The notes below the pieces were generated by a model. That model saw only the letters and a list, made by a program, of their open reading frames with translations. It searched no databases and was not told the origin of the DNA. A stretch of 64,000 nucleotides of DNA from Chloroflexota bacterium (GTDB taxonomy: Bacteria > Chloroflexota > UBA6077 > JAJPHF01), in NCBI GenBank assembly GCA_035293805.1, contig DATGMD010000036.1:1417-65416 (forward strand), given 5' to 3'. Positions 58,959 through 64,000 of the stretch are shown here, one piece after another (within the stretch, counting starts at the first letter, position 1; every line of letters begins with the position of its first letter). Both the position numbers and the translations under genes were made by a program.

Positions 58959-60093
58959 GCCGGGCCCCGAGCCCGCCGCCGAGCCGGCCGAGGCCGACGC
59001 CGAGCCGGCCGAGCGGGCGGAGCCGCCCCGACAGCGTGCCCGCATGGCGACCATCGAGGAGGCCGGCACGCTGCCCGACGGCTGCCTGCTGGTGGACGAG
59101 TACGGCAGCTTCGTCGGCAAGCACGGCGAGCGGCTGCGCATCCTGGTGAAGGGCGAGCCGGTGCTCGAGCGCCCGCTGCTGGGCCTGGAGCACGTGCTCG
59201 TGCTGGCGGGCGGCGTGGCGCTGAGCGCCGACGCGATCCGCGAGTGCGCCGAGCGCGGCGTGCCGATCAGCCTCGTCTCGCGCAGCGGCAAGCCGTACGC
59301 CAAGCTCGTCGCGCCCGAGCTGACCGGCACCGTGCAGACCCGCCGCCACCAATTGCTGGCCTACCTCGACGCGCGGGGCGTGCACCTGGCGAAGGCATTC
59401 GCGGGCGGCAAGCTCCGCAACCAGGCGGCGCTGCTCAAGTACATGGCGAAGTACCGGCAGCAGGTCGACCTCGCCACGTACGAGCTGGCGCGCGAGGCCG
59501 CGTTCCGCTGCGAGCATCTGGCGCGGCGGGTGGACGAGCTGGCGGGCGACGCCGTCGACGCCGTGCGCGTCGAGCTGATGAACCTGGAGGCGCAGGGCGC
59601 GAAGCACTACTGGGAGGCGGCGCGGGCGCTCGTGCGGCCCGACATCGAGTGGCCGCGGCGCGACACGCGCGGTGCCACCGACCTGGTGAACCAGCTCCTG
59701 AACTACGGCTACGGCATCCTATACGCGCAGGTCGAGCGCGCGGTGCTGCTCGCGGGGCTGGACCCCTACGCCGGCTACCTGCACGAGGACCGGCCGGGCA
59801 AGCCCAGCCTGGTGCTCGACCTAATCGAGGAGTTCCGGCAGATGGTAGTAGACCGCTGCGTGTTCGCGCTGCTCAACCAGCGCGTGCCGGTGGCGCAGGA
59901 CGCGGCGGGCCGCCTGGACGACGCCACGCGCACGCTGGTGGCGCGGCGGGTGAACGAGCGGCTGGAGAGCGACGAGCCGTACGCGGGCCGCCGCCTGCGC
60001 CTGCGCAGCATCGTGCAGAGCCAGGCCCGCCACCTCGCCACCTACGTTCGGGGCGACGGCCCACCGTATGTCCCCTGGCTCGGGCGCTGGTAA
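58948..60093 (+). CDS. cas1: Cas1 integrase
   Basis: Same frame as ORF 58801..60093. ATG 58948 overlaps the upstream small ORF by 11 nt; the alternative ATG 59044 gives MATIEEAG. GVPISLVSRSGKPYAKL, NLEAQGAKHYW, TDLVNQLLNYGYGILY, LDPYAGYLHEDRPGKPSLVLDLIEEFR. Confidence 0.9.
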   Translation: MRAEPGPEPAAEPAEADAEPAERAEPPRQRARMATIEEAGTLPDGCLLVDEYGSFVGKHGERLRILVKGEPVLERPLLGLEHVLVLAGGVALSADAIRECAERGVPISLVSRSGKPYAKLVAPELTGTVQTRRHQLLAYLDARGVHLAKAFAGGKLRNQAALLKYMAKYRQQVDLATYELAREAAFRCEHLARRVDELAGDAVDAVRVELMNLEAQGAKHYWEAARALVRPDIEWPRRDTRGATDLVNQLLNYGYGILYAQVERAVLLAGLDPYAGYLHEDRPGKPSLVLDLIEEFRQMVVDRCVFALLNQRVPVAQDAAGRLDDATRTLVARRVNERLESDEPYAGRRLRLRSIVQSQARHLATYVRGDGPPYVPWLGRW

Positions 60094-60296
60094 GCCAGTG
60101 GCGACTCAGTCCAGCGCACTAGCCCTAGCATCCCCTGATCGGATCGTAGGGTTGAAGTTAGCCACGGAAGCCGCTGCCAACTCTGCTCGCGATGGTTTCA
60201 GTATCCTCAACGGATCGTGTGAACAAGGTAAGGGTCCGCGTGGTCGCCCGGACGAGCTACAGAGCCGGCATCAAACTCACCGGTTGGCAGTTCTAT

Positions 60297-60339
60297 CGAG
60301 CTGGCAATTCATCCCCATCTGGAGCAAGTTGCCAGCTCG
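60297..60339. other. 11-bp perfect inverted repeat with 21-nt loop in a lower-GC non-coding stretch
   Basis: cgagctggcaa (ttcatccccatctggagcaag) ttgccagctcg. Confidence 0.5.
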
Positions 60340-60660
60340 TCCTATTGACGCCTTGCCCCGACAGGATTATTCTAGACTCACGGTGTTCTACTCTCCATCC
60401 CAGGAGGTGGCCGAATAGCCAATCAGTCCCTGCTCGAACTAGCTTCACTGAGTCTGTCGCATCCCAACAAGCAAGAACCGCGGGGAGTACCTGGCCGGGC
60501 AACCCCACGGTCCTGCGATCAGCCGCACTACCGCCGCGCTGAGGAGTTGCCCGCAGCGTCTGGGGTTTCGTGCGCCTATCAACAGGGTACGCGAACCCCC
60601 GGCGCTACGCAAGGCGCTCCGGAACGGGCGGTGGGCTAGAACCCGTAGGAGGGGTAACCC

Positions 60661-60819
60661 ATGCGCCGCCAACCTATGCCCCCGAGCACCGTGGACCTGT
60701 ACTGCGATGCGTGCGCGAGCTACTACGCGAAGCTGTCGGCGAACACGAAGCGGCTTGCCACAGCCATCTGTGCGGCCCGCCGGCAGCACGCGATCTTCGT
60801 TCATCGCTGGCAGGCGTAG
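60661..60819 (+). CDS. Small CxxC/HxxxxH protein, paralogue B (unknown family)
   Basis: Hand-found 52-aa ORF, below the track cutoff. AGGAGG lies 8 nt upstream of the ATG. MRRQPMPPSTVDLYCDACASYYAKLSANTKRLATAICAARRQHAIFVHRWQA. Confidence 0.5.
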   Translation: MRRQPMPPSTVDLYCDACASYYAKLSANTKRLATAICAARRQHAIFVHRWQA

Positions 60820-60836
60820 TCCGGCAGTACTCTGGC

Positions 60837-60868
60837 GGGCCGGGTCAGGTGACAGTCTGACCCGGCCC
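60837..60868 (+). terminator. 12-bp perfect GC-rich stem-loop after the small ORF
   Basis: gggccgggtcag (gtgacagt) ctgacccggccc, 18 nt after the TAG. No U-tract. Confidence 0.45.
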
Positions 60869-60990
60869 CGCCCTAGTCGCCACAGTTCGTGGTGTCCGCG
60901 CGCGCTCATCCGCGGCGAGCTGTCGAACTCCTAGCCCGGTAGCGGAACACGATATGGAACTGCCCGGCGACGCCGGCGGAGGTCAGTATA

Positions 60991-63390
60991 ATGGCCGATT
61001 GGAGTGACGAGACCTATCGCCTGTTCTTCAGAGACGTGAACGGCTTCCAGCCGCACCAGTACCAGGTAGACGTAGCACGGCGACTGGCCGGGGGCGAGAA
61101 CGTGATGCTGGGCGCGCCGACGGGAGCGGGCAAGACACTGACGGTGCTGACGCCGTTCCTATACGAGCGTTGGCGCCCACGCCCCCACCGGCTGATCTAT
61201 GCGCTGCCGCTGCGGACCCTGGCGCAGAGCATCTGCCGAGAGGCGCGGGAGCTGGTCGGCCGTGCCGGCGCAGATCCCGATGGTGTCGTGACGATGCAAA
61301 CCGGCGAGCAGCCAGACGATGAGTTCTTCACACGGGGGCGGATAATCATCACGACGTACGATCAGGTGTTGAGTGGGCTACTCGGCGGCCCCTACGGGCT
61401 CTCGGCCAGCCAGCACAACCTGAACTCGGCCGCAGTGGTGGGCGCGCTGCTCGTGTTCGACGAGTTTCATCTCATGGCCCCGGGCCTCGCGTTCCTGACG
61501 GGCGCGGCCGGGCTGAACCTCTTCCGCGACTTGACTCAGTGTGTGTGGATGACCGCCACCGCCACACCGCCGCTGCGCCGCACGCTGACCGACGCGCTCG
61601 GCTGCGCGGACGCCAGCCCAGACGAGAGAGCCCTCGCGCAGCTCCCGACCGTGACCGCGGTGACTCGCGGCCTGGACTACCTGGACGCGCCGCTGACGGC
61701 CGAGGCAGTGCTTGCCGCGTCGAGCGGACGAACCATCGTCATCTGCAACACGGTGCCGCGTGCCCAGGCGCTGTATACGGCGCTGCGGGCAGCGCTGCCG
61801 ACGGACGTGCCGTGCCTGCTCCTGCACTCGCGCTTCTTCAGGCCCGACCGAGCCGACAAGGAGCGGCAGCTTGCCGCGCTACTGGGTAAGACAGCGTCTG
61901 GCCGAGCGGTACTCGTGGCGACGCAGGTGATTGAGGCGGGGATCGACATCTCTTGTGACGACCTGCACACCGAGCTGTGTCCCATGAACGCGCTGGTACA
62001 GCGGGCAGGACGCTGCGCGCGCTATCCAGGCGAGCAGGGCACCGTGCATGTGTACGAGCTGCCAGCGGTGGAGCGGGCCTGGCTGCCCTACGGCACGCTC
62101 ACCGCGCCCGATCCTGCCCTGGCGGCCACTCGCAAGATCCTGGCGGCGGGTACAGAGTCTCTGCTCACGCCCACGATCACCGCGCGCTGGGTCGAGCAGG
62201 TACATGAGGCTGTAGATGCCGTTGCGCTACGCGATGGTTGGGACGGGCGGCGGCGCGAGGTATTGCAACGCATCCGCCTGAACGCGATCGAGCGGCAGCC
62301 AAGTCGCGTCTCGGACCTCATCCGGGAGGAGAGCGTGAGCGATGTGCGCGTCATCGTCGCGACGGCGCACGACTCTACACCTCAGCCAGGGTGCCGCGAA
62401 GCGGTGACCGTCTCGCGGTGGACGCTAGAGGGCGCGCTCGACGCGACGCCCGCGAGCGGGGAGCCGGTCGCCTGGGGCTGGGCGCTGGGCGACGAGCCCC
62501 ACTGGGAACCGATCCATTCGAAAGATGACCTCAGGGGCCAGTACGTCGTCTGCCTGGCGCCGGCCGTGGCGCGCTACACGAGCGCGGTGGGGCTGGAGGT
62601 GGGCATGGCGGGCGAGGCCGTCAGCCTCGAGCGCACGCCGCCGCCACGGCCCGGGTATCCTCCGCTAAGCGTGGAAGGCTGGGCCCACCACGCGCTGAGC
62701 GTGGCGCGGGCAGCGCGGGCGCGCGTCGAGGCCGACGACGAGACCGGCTGGCTGAGCGCCGGCTTCGCGCGCCGGTACGGCCTCACGTCTGCGGAGCTGC
62801 GCGCCGCAGTTGAGGTCTGCGGGCTGCTCCACGACTTCGGCAAGCTCCAGCAGGGCTGGCAAGCCTGGGCCGCGGCCTGGCAGCAGACGAAAGACGCGGC
62901 GTTTCAGCCCGTCGAGGCGCTAGCGCATACCACCTACGATCCGGATAATCGAGCCGACCGCGAGCGAGAGCGCGGCTTCCAGCCCAGGCGCCCGCACCAC
63001 GCCGCGCAGGGCGCCTACCTGGCGCTCGCGGCGCTGCAGGGACGCTTTAGCGACGTGCCGGCCGAGCGGCGCCCGATGCTTATCGCGGCGTGCGCGGCCG
63101 CCATCCTGGCGCACCATGGTGGCTGGCTGCCTGGCGCGCCCGACCTGGGTCTGCAAGCGTTGTGGCCGCGCTGGACCGCGGACTTGCAACGGGCCGCGAT
63201 CAATGGCCAGGCGCCGCGAGCGGTGCAGGCGCTCCTGGCGCAGCGCGAGCGCCGCCCCTGGCTCGAGCGCGTCGTGCAAGCAACGACCGGCCCTGACACA
63301 CTCGGCAACTATTGGCCGCTGGTAGCCTACCTCACGCGCACCCTGCGCCTCGCCGATCGACGCGCGACCGCGGAGGCTGGTAGCGAATGA
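60991..63390 (+). CDS. cas3: Cas3: N-terminal DEAH helicase with C-terminal HD nuclease domain
   Basis: 799 aa. GGAGG lies 9 nt upstream. GAPTGAGKT, LLVFDEFHLM, VWMTATA, VATQVIEAGIDIS, QRAGRCAR. The C-terminal HD motifs are WAHHALSV, CGLLHDFGK, HHAAQGAY and ILAHHGG. Confidence 0.9.
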   Translation: MADWSDETYRLFFRDVNGFQPHQYQVDVARRLAGGENVMLGAPTGAGKTLTVLTPFLYERWRPRPHRLIYALPLRTLAQSICREARELVGRAGADPDGVVTMQTGEQPDDEFFTRGRIIITTYDQVLSGLLGGPYGLSASQHNLNSAAVVGALLVFDEFHLMAPGLAFLTGAAGLNLFRDLTQCVWMTATATPPLRRTLTDALGCADASPDERALAQLPTVTAVTRGLDYLDAPLTAEAVLAASSGRTIVICNTVPRAQALYTALRAALPTDVPCLLLHSRFFRPDRADKERQLAALLGKTASGRAVLVATQVIEAGIDISCDDLHTELCPMNALVQRAGRCARYPGEQGTVHVYELPAVERAWLPYGTLTAPDPALAATRKILAAGTESLLTPTITARWVEQVHEAVDAVALRDGWDGRRREVLQRIRLNAIERQPSRVSDLIREESVSDVRVIVATAHDSTPQPGCREAVTVSRWTLEGALDATPASGEPVAWGWALGDEPHWEPIHSKDDLRGQYVVCLAPAVARYTSAVGLEVGMAGEAVSLERTPPPRPGYPPLSVEGWAHHALSVARAARARVEADDETGWLSAGFARRYGLTSAELRAAVEVCGLLHDFGKLQQGWQAWAAAWQQTKDAAFQPVEALAHTTYDPDNRADRERERGFQPRRPHHAAQGAYLALAALQGRFSDVPAERRPMLIAACAAAILAHHGGWLPGAPDLGLQALWPRWTADLQRAAINGQAPRAVQALLAQRERRPWLERVVQATTGPDTLGNYWPLVAYLTRTLRLADRRATAEAGSE

Positions 63391-64000
63391 ACGAGATGGT
63401 CTTTGCAATTCCCCGCGCGACGGGAACCCACGGCGACATCTTCCTAGTAGCTGGCCTCGCCGATCTATTGCAGCAGGTGGCCCAGGAGCCGGTGCAGCTC
63501 CGCGCGCGAGGGGCCATCTACGAGGTGCACGCGCTCCTCCCGGACGACTGGGCCGACCGCCTCCCCGTCGGGGCGGGGTACAGCTACCTGCGAGCCAAGG
63601 CCAAGGTGAACGTGCCCGATGGCGTACCCACCGACAGGGTGCTGGACTACGAGTCAGAGAAGGCGCGCGTGGCGCTGTACCGCGAGCGATGGCAAGCGGT
63701 AGGCCGCAAGCCGCCCGACGATCCGGAGCTGGCGCAGTGGCTCCAGCAAAACGCCCCCCGCGCCGACTGGCGGCACTGGCAGCTCCTCAACCTGCTCCAG
63801 GGCGACGACAACACCAACAAGGTGTTCTTGCGCCTCAGCGAGCTGCCCGAGGCGGCGGCGCGGGCGGCCATCGCGCAGGGGCTGAGCGCGCTCCAGCACG
63901 GGCAGCGGTCGGGGCTGGCGTGGGGCGTGTCGTCGGTGCAGCTCTTCTCGCCGAACGCGGCCAAAGGCTATGCCCGACTCAAGCCAGACTCGACCGACCG
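63387..64000 (+). CDS. Cas8-like large subunit (Csx17/Cas8u-like by position), 5' part only
   Basis: ATG 63387 overlaps the cas3 stop (ATGA). Hand translation is open to the window end: MNEMVFAIPRATGTHGDIFLVAGLADLLQQ...VQLFSPNAAKGYARLKPDSTD. The family is assigned mainly from gene order after a helicase-HD Cas3. Confidence 0.5.
   Translation, partial: MNEMVFAIPRATGTHGDIFLVAGLADLLQQVAQEPVQLRARGAIYEVHALLPDDWADRLPVGAGYSYLRAKAKVNVPDGVPTDRVLDYESEKARVALYRERWQAVGRKPPDDPELAQWLQQNAPRADWRHWQLLNLLQGDDNTNKVFLRLSELPEAAARAAIAQGLSALQHGQRSGLAWGVSSVQLFSPNAAKGYARLKPDSTD

Noticed and set aside
58707-60868. A casposon-like element (cas1 flanked by repeats).
   Set aside because: The flanking similarity is protein-level and in direct orientation. 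There are no terminal inverted repeats, no target-site duplication and no polB. The Cas1 sits in a normal cas operon context.
60094-60990. A CRISPR array or cas2 gene immediately after cas1.
   Set aside because: No 25-40-bp unit recurs with spacer periodicity. None of the six frames gives a Cas2-like text of about 90 aa. Only short inverted and direct repeats and the 52-aa ORF-B were found.

Overview
This is a 64-kb, very GC-rich bacterial chromosomal segment (roughly 65-72% GC by eye, with a few lower-GC patches). It has a Chloroflexi-like flavour: three Uma2/DUF820 endonucleases, GGGAGAGGGCCGGGGTGAGGG-type palindromic repeats and heptanucleotide STRR-like repeats. About 60 protein genes are supportable. 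Most of the long ORFs in the track are Arg/Ala/Pro/Gly-rich shadow frames of those genes. The left 47 kb holds a crotonase, an MshA/MshB-like pair and five NMT1/TAXI-like solute-binding proteins with no permease or ATPase, grouped around a UbiD decarboxylase, an LLM oxidoreductase and a CocE/NonD hydrolase. It also holds an ABC-F ATPase, an amidohydrolase, secreted TPR/Ig-like/PPC-repeat proteins, a split TPP decarboxylase (ComDE-like), ComEC, an orphan histidine kinase preceded by two paralogous secreted proteins, RodA/FtsW, an NRAMP transporter and a CtaG-like protein. The right 17 kb (47.5-64 kb) is a defence island that begins next to a tRNA-like fragment. It starts with a frameshifted NurA-like nuclease fused to a HerA C-terminal remnant. 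A complete type III-B cmr1-cas10-cmr3-cmr4-cmr5-cmr6 operon follows; its Cas10 lacks the HD domain but keeps GGDD, and its Cmr6 carries an extra C-terminal domain. Next come Csx1 (CARF-HEPN), a Csx15-like gene and a Cas6 with an in-frame heptamer-repeat insertion. Then comes cas1 without cas2, bracketed by two paralogous small CxxC/HxxxxH ORFs that I cannot assign to any known family. The window ends with Cas3 (helicase N-terminal, HD C-terminal) and the start of a Cas8-like gene, an order typical of type I-G/I-U. I found no CRISPR array, rRNA, canonical tRNA, transposase or integrase in the window. All family calls are motif recognition by eye, not database searches.
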